Source: Thermoproteota archaeon
GTDB lineage: Archaea > Korarchaeota > Korarchaeia > Korarchaeales > Korarchaeaceae
DNA: 24,000 nt
Assembly: GCA_027061785.1 (NCBI GenBank)
Contig: JAMOVA010000017.1
Span: forward strand, 1-24,000
Direction: 5' to 3'
In this document: positions 8,307-16,087 of the stretch, piece by piece
Layout: the number at the start of each line of letters is the position of its first letter
Position numbering within the stretch: position 1 is the first letter of the stretch
Notes under the pieces: generated by a model
Databases searched by the model: none
Told to the model about the DNA's origin: nothing
What the model saw: the letters and a program-made list of their open reading frames with translations, nothing else
Program-made: the position numbers and the translations under genes

Positions 8307-10046
8307 TTACCTGTGCGAGAGGATGAAAGTCAGGGGCTTCCTCTTATCCAGTCTGACGAATCCCAGTCTCAACATCTGAGCCATCTCGCCCTCCTTCATC
8401 TCGGCCAATGCGGGTTCTCCATAGCCTCCCAGCATCTCGTAAGAGTAGGGGGACAAGGGAACGAATACCCTAGCTGGAACACCCCCCTTGAGCGGTGCCC
8501 ACTGTATGATCTTGACTCCCTTGATCTTCTGCTCCTCGCTGAGGATCAGGGATACCTCGTCCGGGTTCACATTCCTCACCCTCACAGTGGCCAGCCCTCT
8601 CAGCCTGAACTCGTCTCCAGCCTTCAACCCTTCCACATCGCCCTTTGATATGTAAACTACGGGTTCCTCTACGACTATGGTCCTGTACTCCTCTGAATCG
8701 GGATGGACCTGCACCCTCGCCTCCACGGGAGTGTCCATCCCGTCTATAACCGCCCTGACCGGATCCGGGACGAACATGTAGCGGGGCACCTTGGGGTCGA
8801 GTATCTTCCTGTTAATGGCCGCTATCATGTCCATGTTGACCGTGGCATCCACCTTGCTTGGTCCGAGCTCGTAGAAGAACCTCACTATCGCCTCCGGGAG
8901 GATGCCCCTCCTGAACAACCCTCTGAGGGTCGGTATCCTCGGGTCGTCCCATCCCTCCAAGATGCCGCTCTCCACGAGGGGCCTTATGTACCTCTTGGAG
9001 AGGGGAATGCCCTCCACGGTTATCCTGCCGAACTGCACCATGTGATATTCCCTCAGACCCAACTTCCTGATTATCGTCCTCTGAACCTCCACATGCGGTT
9101 CGAACTCCTTGCTACGGAACGCATGCGTTACCCCGGTCAGGGAGTCCATGACGCTGACCGAGAAATCATACACGGGGTACACCCTGAACCTGTCCCCGTG
9201 GATTGGGTGAGGTGCCTCCACTATCCTGAAGATGCCCGGATCCCTCATGGTTATGTTGGGATGCCTCATGTCCGTCTTGAGCCTGAGGTGAGCCTCTCCC
9301 TCCCTGAAATCTCCCTCAAGCATCCTTTCCCACAACTCCAAGTTGACTTCCACCGGCTGATTCCTGTGCTCGCATTCCCTCCCCTCCCTCCTCCACTGAC
9401 GGACCTTCTCAGCTGGACATGTGCATACGTAGGCGTCTCCCTGCTTTATCAGCTTCTCCGCCAGCTCGTACATCTTGGGGATGTGATAGGACTCGATGAT
9501 CTCCTCGTCCCATTTACCCGGCGACAGCCCGAGTTCCCTCTCAGCAGCTTCGAGTAGTCTGGAAAACTCCTCCCTTATGGCATCGTAGAACTCCAGCCTC
9601 TCCACCCTAGGGTTGGTGTCCTCGAATCTCAGCAGGAACTTCCCCTTGTATATCCTAGCGTATATGAAGGGGACTAACAGCCCTTTAGCGTGCCCCAGCG
9701 TCGGATAACCGTTGGGTTCCGGTGCTACCCTCGTCACGACCTTACCTTCCTCAGCTCCCTCTAGAGGTGGCCACACCCTCTCCTGCGGCTTTCTCTCCCT
9801 CTTGGGCGGAGTGGCTATCTCTTTCAAGGCCTCAGGGGACATCTCATTGACCTGGGAGACCACTTCCTCCACCAGAGAAGCCAGTTCTCTAGCTTTCGGT
9901 CTCAGATCCGGTCGAGATGCCATGAGCTTACCTAGGACAGCCTTAGGATTGGCCTTACCGTACTTGAGAGCGTTTTCAGCGGCCAGCTTGAGTATCAGGT
10001 CCCTCAGCTCCTCCAAGTTAACACCCTTCAGGCTCCATCTATCCAA
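8307..10046 (-). CDS. gltX: glutamyl-tRNA synthetase, archaeal type
   Basis: 579-aa ORF. It has the archaeal GluRS N-terminal helical extension (LKLAAENALKYGKANPKAVLGKLMA), a class I HIGH-type site (PEPNGYPTLGHAKG), RFEDTNPR, the CxC...C..H cluster (YVCTCPAEK...ECEH) and a KMSKS-type LSKR. The start is uncertain. The annotated start is TTG 10046, and an in-frame TTG at 10016 fits the TATA spacing better. Confidence 0.95.
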   Translation of the reverse strand: MDRWSLKGVNLEELRDLILKLAAENALKYGKANPKAVLGKLMASRPDLRPKARELASLVEEVVSQVNEMSPEALKEIATPPKRERKPQERVWPPLEGAEEGKVVTRVAPEPNGYPTLGHAKGLLVPFIYARIYKGKFLLRFEDTNPRVERLEFYDAIREEFSRLLEAAERELGLSPGKWDEEIIESYHIPKMYELAEKLIKQGDAYVCTCPAEKVRQWRREGRECEHRNQPVEVNLELWERMLEGDFREGEAHLRLKTDMRHPNITMRDPGIFRIVEAPHPIHGDRFRVYPVYDFSVSVMDSLTGVTHAFRSKEFEPHVEVQRTIIRKLGLREYHMVQFGRITVEGIPLSKRYIRPLVESGILEGWDDPRIPTLRGLFRRGILPEAIVRFFYELGPSKVDATVNMDMIAAINRKILDPKVPRYMFVPDPVRAVIDGMDTPVEARVQVHPDSEEYRTIVVEEPVVYISKGDVEGLKAGDEFRLRGLATVRVRNVNPDEVSLILSEEQKIKGVKIIQWAPLKGGVPARVFVPLSPYSYEMLGGYGEPALAEMKEGEMAQMLRLGFVRLDKRKPLTFILSHR

Positions 10047-10048
10047 AA

Positions 10049-10064
10049 CCTAGATAAAGCTAGG
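10049..10064. promoter_or_regulatory. single TATA-like box flanked by 5-bp inverted repeats (CCTAG-ATAAAG-CTAGG) in the 34-bp gltX / methyltransferase divergent gap
   Basis: This is the only A/T-rich element between the two divergent genes. Its centre is about 25 nt from ATG 10081, implying a leaderless mRNA. It is about 37 nt from the alternative gltX TTG at 10016. Confidence 0.35.
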
Positions 10065-10080
10065 GGTCTCATCAGGCGAG

Positions 10081-11028
10081 ATGAGCGATGGCATTCCGGA
10101 GGGGCTGATAAAACCGGAGTTCGAGAGGAGGTACAGGGAACTCCTTGGAGAGGAGTACGATATACTCCTGTCCTTCATGGCGAGGAAGCCAATTCCCAGC
10201 ATCAGGCTCAACCCGATGAAGGTGGATCCTGACTGGCTGGTGGCGAGGCTTGAGGAGAGCGGGTGGGTGTTGGAGCCCATACCGTGGTACGAGTACGGCT
10301 ACAGGGTGAGGAAGGGCCCGGAGAGGCTGGGAAATACTGAATGGCACCAGTTAGGTCTATATTACGTTCAGGAGGCGGCTTCCATGATCCCTCCGGTCGT
10401 CCTCTCACCCAATCCGGGTGAGAGGGTGCTAGATCTGGCTGCCTCCCCGGGATCCAAGACCACCCAGCTATCTGAGATGATGAGGCACGAGGGGGTTCTG
10501 GTAGCCAACGATGTGACTCCCGATCGGGTGGACGCCCTGATAGCCAACATTCAGAGGATGGGGTCAATCAATGTGGTGGTGACTTTGTCCGACGGCAGGA
10601 GGGCCCATCAGTTCTTCGGGGAGGAGAAATTCGATAAGGTGTTGTTAGATGCTCCCTGCAGTTCTCTGGGAGAGGTCAGGAGGTCTTGGGGTGCGCTGGC
10701 TAGGTGGAGCCCTAAGTCCGTCAACAAGATAGCCAGGCTCCAGCTCTCTCTAGCTAAGGCGGCCTATCGCGTCCTCAAGAAGGGAGGGGTCATGGTTTAC
10801 TCCACTTGCACATTGGAACCCAAGGAGAACGAGTGGGTCGTTTATAACCTCCTGAAGCTAGGTGCTGTATTGGAGGAGCCCCAGTTGGAGGGGCTCAGGT
10901 GGAGGCCCGGATTGGAGAGGTGGATGGATTGGGAGTTCGGAAGCGAGCTGAGGAAAACCATGAGGATATACCCGCAGGACAACGACACGATAGGGTTCTT
11001 CGTGGCTCTATTAAGGAAGCCGACGTGA
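10081..11028 (+). CDS. NOL1/NOP2/Sun-family RNA cytosine-C5 methyltransferase (RsmF / archaeal Trm4-like catalytic core)
   Basis: 315-aa ORF. SAM motif DLAASPGSKTTQL, motif IV LLDAPCSSLG (catalytic Cys), motif VI VYSTCTLEPKENE (second Cys), and the family-typical C-terminal end GFFVALLRK. Confidence 0.9.
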   Translation: MSDGIPEGLIKPEFERRYRELLGEEYDILLSFMARKPIPSIRLNPMKVDPDWLVARLEESGWVLEPIPWYEYGYRVRKGPERLGNTEWHQLGLYYVQEAASMIPPVVLSPNPGERVLDLAASPGSKTTQLSEMMRHEGVLVANDVTPDRVDALIANIQRMGSINVVVTLSDGRRAHQFFGEEKFDKVLLDAPCSSLGEVRRSWGALARWSPKSVNKIARLQLSLAKAAYRVLKKGGVMVYSTCTLEPKENEWVVYNLLKLGAVLEEPQLEGLRWRPGLERWMDWEFGSELRKTMRIYPQDNDTIGFFVALLRKPT

Positions 11029-11429
11029 GCGAGTTCCTCGCCTGGGTCAAGCAGTGGTTCGGTGTCGATCTCTCTGGCTACTCCCTGATCAGGTCAGGTA
11101 AGAAGAGGATAAGGATCCTGACCAAGGAAGCCGCCGAATTCGATGTAAAAGATGTGATAAGAGGGGTCTATCTGGCCAAGAAGGCCCCTTACGGTTACAT
11201 AATTAGCGTAGAGGGATCTTACATAATCGGCAGGGGGGCTTCGAGGCACGTGGTGGAGCTCGGTGAGGAGGAGTTCGGCAGGTGGATGAGGGGAGAGGAT
11301 ATCGCAGTAGAGCTACCGGAGAAGGGCGTTTATTTGGTAAAGTTCGGCCGGGCTTTCGCTGGATCCGGGTACTACAACGGTGAGGTGCTTCACAATCTAG
11401 TCCCTAAGAGCAGAACCGTCGAGCCGTGA
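11025..11429 (+). CDS. small protein resembling the PUA-like C-terminal RNA-binding domain of RsmF-type methyltransferases
   Basis: The start is GTG at 11025, overlapping the upstream TGA as GTGA (translational coupling). The 134-aa product ends ...GVYLVKFGRAFAGSGYYNGEVLHNLVPKSR. As I recall it, this resembles the G-x-G...(K/H)N-x-h-P-K-x-x-R tail of RsmF C-terminal domains. The ORF-track start at 10899 would overlap the upstream gene by 130 nt and is unlikely. Confidence 0.55.
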   Translation: MSEFLAWVKQWFGVDLSGYSLIRSGKKRIRILTKEAAEFDVKDVIRGVYLAKKAPYGYIISVEGSYIIGRGASRHVVELGEEEFGRWMRGEDIAVELPEKGVYLVKFGRAFAGSGYYNGEVLHNLVPKSRTVEP

Positions 11430-11440
11430 CCCATGGACGA

Positions 11441-11450
11441 AAAGTTTATC
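11441..11450 (+). promoter_or_regulatory. TATA-like box (AAAGTTTATC) for guaB
   Basis: Its centre lies about 27 nt upstream of ATG 11473, consistent with a leaderless transcript. Confidence 0.4.
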
Positions 11451-11472
11451 CAACCATCTATCCACTCTAGAT

Positions 11473-12912
11473 ATGCCTTGGGATAAGTTTGCTAACATAG
11501 AGATGGCCTTCACATTCGGAGACGTCATTCTCCTGCCCGGAAAGACTCAGGTAGAGCCTTCTGAGGTGGATCTATCCACCCGGCTGGGAGAGATCGGGCT
11601 TCACGTCCCCATACTATCCTCTCCGATGGATACCGTGACGGAGGCTGAGATGGCCATAGCCGTCGCTAGGATGGGCGCTCTGGGCGTACTGCACAGGAAT
11701 TGCACCGTGGAAGAGCAGGTTAACATGGCGAAAGCGGTCAAGAGGGCGGAATCTTTCATAATAAGGGATGTAGTAACCGTCACGCCCGACGACAGCATCG
11801 AGACCGCTCGCTCGATAATGAAGGAGATGAACATATCCGGCCTCCCGGTCGTGGTAGAGGGCAGGCTGGTGGGCATAATAACTAGGAGAGATGTTTACTT
11901 CGCTGAGGACGGTAATCAGGCGGTTAAGGAGGTGATGACGAAGGATGTGATCACGGTCAGTCCGGACATCACTCCTCAGGAAGCCAGGAAGATCATGTCC
12001 CGCTATAAGATAGAGAAGCTACCGGTAGTCGACGATTCCGGTCGTCTAGTCGGTCTTATAACTGCTAAGGACGTCTTTTACAGGGAGTCCCATCCGTTTG
12101 CCACTAGAGATGAGGAGGGAAGGCTCAGAGTGGCCGCTGCCATATCCCCCTTCGATCTGGAGAGGGCGAAGGCCCTCGAACCTTATGTGGATCTGCTGGT
12201 CACCGACGTGGCACACTTCCATAACGAGAATGTGATGAGGGCTGCTAAGAGGATAACTGAGGAGGTCAACGTTCCCCTGGTGGCGGGAAACATCGGGACC
12301 TACGAGGCTGCTGAGGAGATCATCACCAGGCTGGATGTAGTGGGCCTGAGGGTCGGCATAGCTAGCGGAAGCATATGCACCACCGGGGAGGTGACCGGTG
12401 TCGCCGCACCCACCCTCTTCGCCGTGGCCAAGGCCTCTGATGCGGTGGCCAAATATGGCTCGGATGCTGCGGTCATCGCTGATGGAGGGGTTAGGGGGCC
12501 TGCTGAAGCAGCTAAAGCCTTCGCAGCTGGTGCGGATGCTGTCATGCTCGGCTTTGCCCTAGCTGGAACCAAGGAATCCCCGGGATCCCCCCTGATAGTG
12601 GGAGGGAAGATGTACAAGGTTTACAGGGGGATGGGCAGCCCATCGGCCAGGTCCAAGAGGTTCGCTTTGGACAGGTACAGCAAGCCGTCCAAGGACATAG
12701 CCGAGGGGATAGAGGGTCTGGTCCCGTACAGGGGAGACGTCGCGACGGTCATAGATAAGTTCGTCGCAGGCTTGAAGGCCGCCTTTGGCTATGTGGGCGC
12801 CGCCAACATAGGGGAAATGAAGAAGAAGGCCAAGATAGCCCTCCTATCATCAGTAGGTGCTAGGGAGATAGCTCCCCACGATGTCAAGCCCATGGAGAAG
12901 TTTTCAGCCTGA
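11473..12912 (+). CDS. guaB: IMP dehydrogenase with CBS-pair subdomain
   Basis: 479-aa ORF. N-terminal FTFGDVILLPG, two CBS motifs (IIRDVVTVTPDDSIETARSIMKEMNISGLPVV and VMTKDVITVSPDITPQEARKIMSRYKIEKLPVV), the catalytic loop GIASGSICTT, IADGGVRGPAEAAKAFAAGADAVMLG, and YRGMGS. Confidence 0.95.
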   Translation: MPWDKFANIEMAFTFGDVILLPGKTQVEPSEVDLSTRLGEIGLHVPILSSPMDTVTEAEMAIAVARMGALGVLHRNCTVEEQVNMAKAVKRAESFIIRDVVTVTPDDSIETARSIMKEMNISGLPVVVEGRLVGIITRRDVYFAEDGNQAVKEVMTKDVITVSPDITPQEARKIMSRYKIEKLPVVDDSGRLVGLITAKDVFYRESHPFATRDEEGRLRVAAAISPFDLERAKALEPYVDLLVTDVAHFHNENVMRAAKRITEEVNVPLVAGNIGTYEAAEEIITRLDVVGLRVGIASGSICTTGEVTGVAAPTLFAVAKASDAVAKYGSDAAVIADGGVRGPAEAAKAFAAGADAVMLGFALAGTKESPGSPLIVGGKMYKVYRGMGSPSARSKRFALDRYSKPSKDIAEGIEGLVPYRGDVATVIDKFVAGLKAAFGYVGAANIGEMKKKAKIALLSSVGAREIAPHDVKPMEKFSA

Positions 12913-12923
12913 ATAACCTCCTA

Positions 12924-12928
12924 TTTTT
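12924..12928 (+). terminator. oligo-T tract downstream of guaB
   Basis: A T5 run within CTATTTTTGA lies 12 nt after the guaB stop (12910-12912). Confidence 0.35.
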
Positions 12929-12939
12929 GACCAGAAACA

Positions 12940-12947
12940 TTTATAAA
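12940..12947 (+). promoter_or_regulatory. TATA box (TTTATAAA) for the membrane-protein operon
   Basis: Near-consensus archaeal TATA 31 nt upstream of ATG 12978. Confidence 0.45.
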
Positions 12948-12977
12948 CGGGTTTGAGTCGACTGCCGGCTGGTAGAA

Positions 12978-13691
12978 ATGCAGGGCCTACAGGACGTAGT
13001 CGTGGCGCTGGAGCAGCTCTGGATGCTGTTCAAAGTGACCGCTCCTAAGCTGCTATCCGCTGCCGTGATTCTGCTAGTGGGATACGTAATAGGGAGGCTA
13101 GTGGGCATAATCATCAGCGGCCTGCTAAGGAAGTTCCTGGGACTGGACAAGTGGGTCCGTAGAAAGGGTCTCATGGACGAACTGTACGGCATAAGTCCCT
13201 CCGGACTCCTCGCTGGCTTGGTCAAGTGGTACATCTATCTCCTGTTCATCGGGGTCGCTGCCGAGAATCTGGGCTCCGGCGTCCTAGCCGACTCGGCCAA
13301 GGCCCTAGTGGAGCACTCGCCCAAGATACTTGCTGGCCTCTTCCTAGTATTCATTGGGCTTATTGTAGGGGGTATAGTGAAGAAGCACATACTCGGTTCC
13401 ACCTTGGCCGGAAAGGAGTTCTTCGGATCCCTGTTCAAGTTCGCGAGCATCGCTGTGTTCACGATCGCCGCCCTCTCCACTATGGGGATAGATGTCAGCT
13501 TGCTCGTCCAGACCGTGGTGATAGCTGTAGCGGCGATCACCATCTCCATAGGGGTGGCGGTGGGCATAGCCCTAGGCTTGGTGCTCAAGGACGAGCTGAG
13601 ACCCTACATCAAATCAATATTAAGGGAGATCCTGGGAAAGGAAAGTGAGAGGAAGAATGGAGAGGTGGAAAACGGCCTCTATCCCCCATAG
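12978..13691 (+). CDS. integral membrane protein with repeated 'conserved TM helix' units (mechanosensitive-channel-associated type)
   Basis: 237-aa ORF. It has repeated units, each an amphipathic stretch followed by a long hydrophobic helix: APKLLSAAVILLVGYVIGRLVG, SPKILAGLFLVFIGLIVGGIV, LVQTVVIAVAAITISIGVAVGIALGLVL. The family assignment is by pattern only. Confidence 0.6.
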   Translation: MQGLQDVVVALEQLWMLFKVTAPKLLSAAVILLVGYVIGRLVGIIISGLLRKFLGLDKWVRRKGLMDELYGISPSGLLAGLVKWYIYLLFIGVAAENLGSGVLADSAKALVEHSPKILAGLFLVFIGLIVGGIVKKHILGSTLAGKEFFGSLFKFASIAVFTIAALSTMGIDVSLLVQTVVIAVAAITISIGVAVGIALGLVLKDELRPYIKSILREILGKESERKNGEVENGLYPP

Positions 13692-14919
13692 GCTCCTCTC
13701 CTCCATACTCTACCAGCTGGCACCGCTCGCAGTCCTAGAGTACGGGGGAGGGCCCGAACACCTCTCACTCTCCTTCTTCCTGATGTACCTGGGACTAATG
13801 ATCGGTAACCTCGCTTGGACCAAGGCCTTGGCACCAAAGGAAAGGCATGTGCCGGGGATAGCTTTAGGGCATCTCTCCCTCATAGTACCCGGACTGGTAG
13901 CCAGCTATCCAGATGTTTATGCCGCCCTTCTGGCCTCTTTCTTGGTTGCTTTCCTCTCCCCCGTCTCTTACTTCGCAGGACTCTTCCACGCGTATGATCA
14001 GCTCAAGGATCCATCGGAGGCCTCCTCATCCTACGAATCCGTATCTGGATGGGCTTGGCTTGCCGGGCTTCTCCTAGGGGCGTTGATCCTCCACTCGATG
14101 AGCATAGAGGAGCTGGCCCTGCTGAGCGTCCTGATCGACCTCCTCTTAATGCCCCTCATCGTTGCCTCCTTGAGGATACCTGTCCTGAACATATTGAGGA
14201 GGGCCTACGAGGAGGAGATAGGTCTCCTGCCCATAATAGAGGAGGGCATCGAGGCAGTTCACCGAGCTGAGGAGGAGGCCTTGGAGTGGACCATGGCCCT
14301 CATGTCTAGGGTTGCTAGGGGGACCCTATTCCAGAAACCGGCCTATATACTGCTGAGCCTGCCCAAGGTGGGAGTGCCCTTCAGCCTGAAGGTCTTTCTA
14401 GCTTTCATCGGTTTGGGACTGGCCTATCCGCAGCTTGTAGGGGTTCAAAAGGCCTTGGGTCTCAACAACTCTCATATCTATCTGCTGTCAGCCCTGAGCT
14501 CCTTTACCTCCAGTACTCTCTACAAGAGGGCTGGGAGGGGAGATGAGATAAGGAACTTGGATCTCTCGCTCCTCGCTAGATCGGCCATGCTCTTCAGTGT
14601 CCCAACCGTTCTGCTCGGGATGTTCTCCCCACTCGAGTACTTCATCGCGTTCATGATTCTCGACGGGGCAACATGGTCCTTCATCATGGTCTCAATATCT
14701 AGGAGGGGTTTGAAGGTCTCCTTGGAATACCTAGGACAGGTGAACTTTGTGAGATCGCTTGGCTGGTCGATTGGTGCTCTCTTGGGCGGTTTCGTGGCGA
14801 GCTATGCTGGGTTGATCATCCTCTACGGGATATCGGCCGTGCTTGTGATGGTTGCATCAATAATAAAGACCAAGAAGCTGGAACATGAGGTGAGGAGAAG
14901 TCTCCTCATCCCAAAATGA
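13657..14919 (+). CDS. polytopic membrane protein, MFS-transporter-like (two hydrophobic halves separated by a charged loop)
   Basis: About 10-12 predicted hydrophobic helices. A central acidic loop (RRAYEEEIGLLPIIEEGIEAVHRAEEEALEW) separates two halves. A late motif, GQVNFVRSLGWSIGALLGG, is MFS-like. ATG 13657 is preferred over the ORF-track GTG 13645. Either start overlaps the upstream gene (35-47 nt). Confidence 0.55.
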   Translation: MERWKTASIPHRLLSSILYQLAPLAVLEYGGGPEHLSLSFFLMYLGLMIGNLAWTKALAPKERHVPGIALGHLSLIVPGLVASYPDVYAALLASFLVAFLSPVSYFAGLFHAYDQLKDPSEASSSYESVSGWAWLAGLLLGALILHSMSIEELALLSVLIDLLLMPLIVASLRIPVLNILRRAYEEEIGLLPIIEEGIEAVHRAEEEALEWTMALMSRVARGTLFQKPAYILLSLPKVGVPFSLKVFLAFIGLGLAYPQLVGVQKALGLNNSHIYLLSALSSFTSSTLYKRAGRGDEIRNLDLSLLARSAMLFSVPTVLLGMFSPLEYFIAFMILDGATWSFIMVSISRRGLKVSLEYLGQVNFVRSLGWSIGALLGGFVASYAGLIILYGISAVLVMVASIIKTKKLEHEVRRSLLIPK

Positions 14920-16008
14920 TTAAAACTCTCTTTCGACCAGGAAGTTAGCAAGATCTCTTAGTTTCTCTTTGTACTCGTTGTCCGGGAGGAGCTTCTCCAC
15001 GCTGGACCACGATTCCCTTATCATGTTCCTCGCGAACTCCTTAGCGTACTCTATCGATCCGTATTTCCTGAGGATGGATATGGCTTCCTCTATGAGCTCC
15101 CTGTCCCTGGTGTGCAGGGAAAGGATGTGCTTCAGCCTCCTCTTATCCTCTTCGCTCGCCTTTGAGAGAGCGTGTATGACCATGAGGGTTACCTTGCCCT
15201 CGGTTATGTCCTCGCCGAAGGCCTTGCCCAGCTTCTCGGCGCCGGTCACGTTCATTATGTCGTCCTGTATCTGGAAGGCCACTCCTATGGTCTCAGCGAA
15301 TCTCCCCAGCCTCTTCTCCTCTTCCTCGTTGAGGCCAGCGGCTATGGCCGCGAACCTGGCCGCGAGCCTCGGGAGCACTCCCGTTTTGTTGGCGCACATC
15401 TGGAGGTAGTGATCGACGGTTATCTCCTCCGGATCCTTGAGCCCGCGATGCCACCCTATGTCCGTCGCTTGGCCCAAGTGTATCCTTATCATGTCCTCCA
15501 AGTAAGCGTTGATCAGCCTCCTATAGGTCGAGTCATCCACGTCCATCTCCATGAGAATGCGCAGGGGCATGAAGTACATGGCTGAGGACAGATTCACGGC
15601 TATATCGAGTCCGTACTTGACGTGAATGGCTTTATCGCCCCTCCTGACCTCGGCCCCATCCTCTATATCGTCGGCGATCAGAGAGCCGTTGTGCAGGAGC
15701 TCCACTATAACGGCCAGCTCCTGGTACTTCTCCAAGTCAACATTGAGGTTCTTGGCCAGTATGAGGAAGAGCCAAGGCCTCCACCTCTTGCCGCCCCTAG
15801 AGAGGAGATCCCACATGGGCTCGAATATGGTCTTCTGGATGACGTCGGGATCGTAGGAGTAGGAGGCCTCACCAGCCAGCCATGTCAAGTACTCCGCATC
15901 GATGTTCTTGGGGAACCTTCCCTCTATGAGGGAGTCAACGATCTTCCTGTTCTCCTTAAGCTCCCTTTCAATGTCCATTAAGTACACCGCTCCCAGTATC
16001 TCTCCCAT
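14920..16008 (-). CDS. trans-polyprenyl diphosphate synthase, GGPS1-like (probable geranylgeranyl diphosphate synthase)
   Basis: 362-aa ORF. First Asp-rich motif ELLHNGSLIADDIEDGAEVRRG, second Asp-rich motif FQIQDDIMNV, and GEDITEGKVTL. The start is ambiguous. ATG 16008 abuts an A/T box (16011-16019), and the in-frame ATG 15978 (MDIEREL...) lies about 35 nt downstream of that box. Confidence 0.9.
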   Translation of the reverse strand: MGEILGAVYLMDIERELKENRKIVDSLIEGRFPKNIDAEYLTWLAGEASYSYDPDVIQKTIFEPMWDLLSRGGKRWRPWLFLILAKNLNVDLEKYQELAVIVELLHNGSLIADDIEDGAEVRRGDKAIHVKYGLDIAVNLSSAMYFMPLRILMEMDVDDSTYRRLINAYLEDMIRIHLGQATDIGWHRGLKDPEEITVDHYLQMCANKTGVLPRLAARFAAIAAGLNEEEEKRLGRFAETIGVAFQIQDDIMNVTGAEKLGKAFGEDITEGKVTLMVIHALSKASEEDKRRLKHILSLHTRDRELIEEAISILRKYGSIEYAKEFARNMIRESWSSVEKLLPDNEYKEKLRDLANFLVEREF

Positions 16009-16053
16009 GCATAAATATGTGTCGGATAGGGCTCCCCCGAGCGAGCGTCCATA

Positions 16054-16063
16054 GATTTTTATC
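16054..16063. promoter_or_regulatory. TATA-like box (GATTTTTATC) in the divergent gap between the prenyl synthase and herA-like genes
   Basis: It lies 25-34 nt upstream of ATG 16088, implying a leaderless herA-like mRNA. The same A/T box read on the other strand is 46 nt from ATG 16008. Confidence 0.4.
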
Positions 16064-16087
16064 GCGCTAGGCCTAGGCTTCCCTCAA

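Noticed and set aside
8703-9557. 284-aa plus-strand ORF (with 8313..8648 and 9712..10053) inside the gltX locus
   Set aside because: It is antisense to a GluRS gene with unmistakable class I motifs. The translation is P/H/R/L-rich with no motif. It is a typical shadow ORF in a moderately GC-rich, stop-poor antisense frame.
10899-11024. ATG-initiated upstream extension of the PUA-like ORF (ORF-track start 10899)
   Set aside because: It would overlap the methyltransferase gene by 130 nt. The extension (MEARIGEVDGLGVRKRAEENHEDIPAGQRHDRVLRGSIKEAD) looks like an out-of-frame reading. The GTG at 11025 gives the classic GTGA coupling overlap.
13226-13648. 140-aa alternative-frame ORF and 117-aa antisense ORF within the TM-helix-repeat gene
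   Set aside because: The R/G/H-rich translation is inconsistent with a real protein. The annotated frame gives coherent hydrophobic helices.
16067-16076. Perfect 10-bp palindrome CTAGGCCTAG between the TATA box and the herA-like start; also CTCCGGAG at 19816..19823
   Set aside because: Roughly 20 perfect 10-bp palindromes and about 90 of 8 bp are expected by chance in 24 kb. Position alone is not sufficient evidence for an operator.
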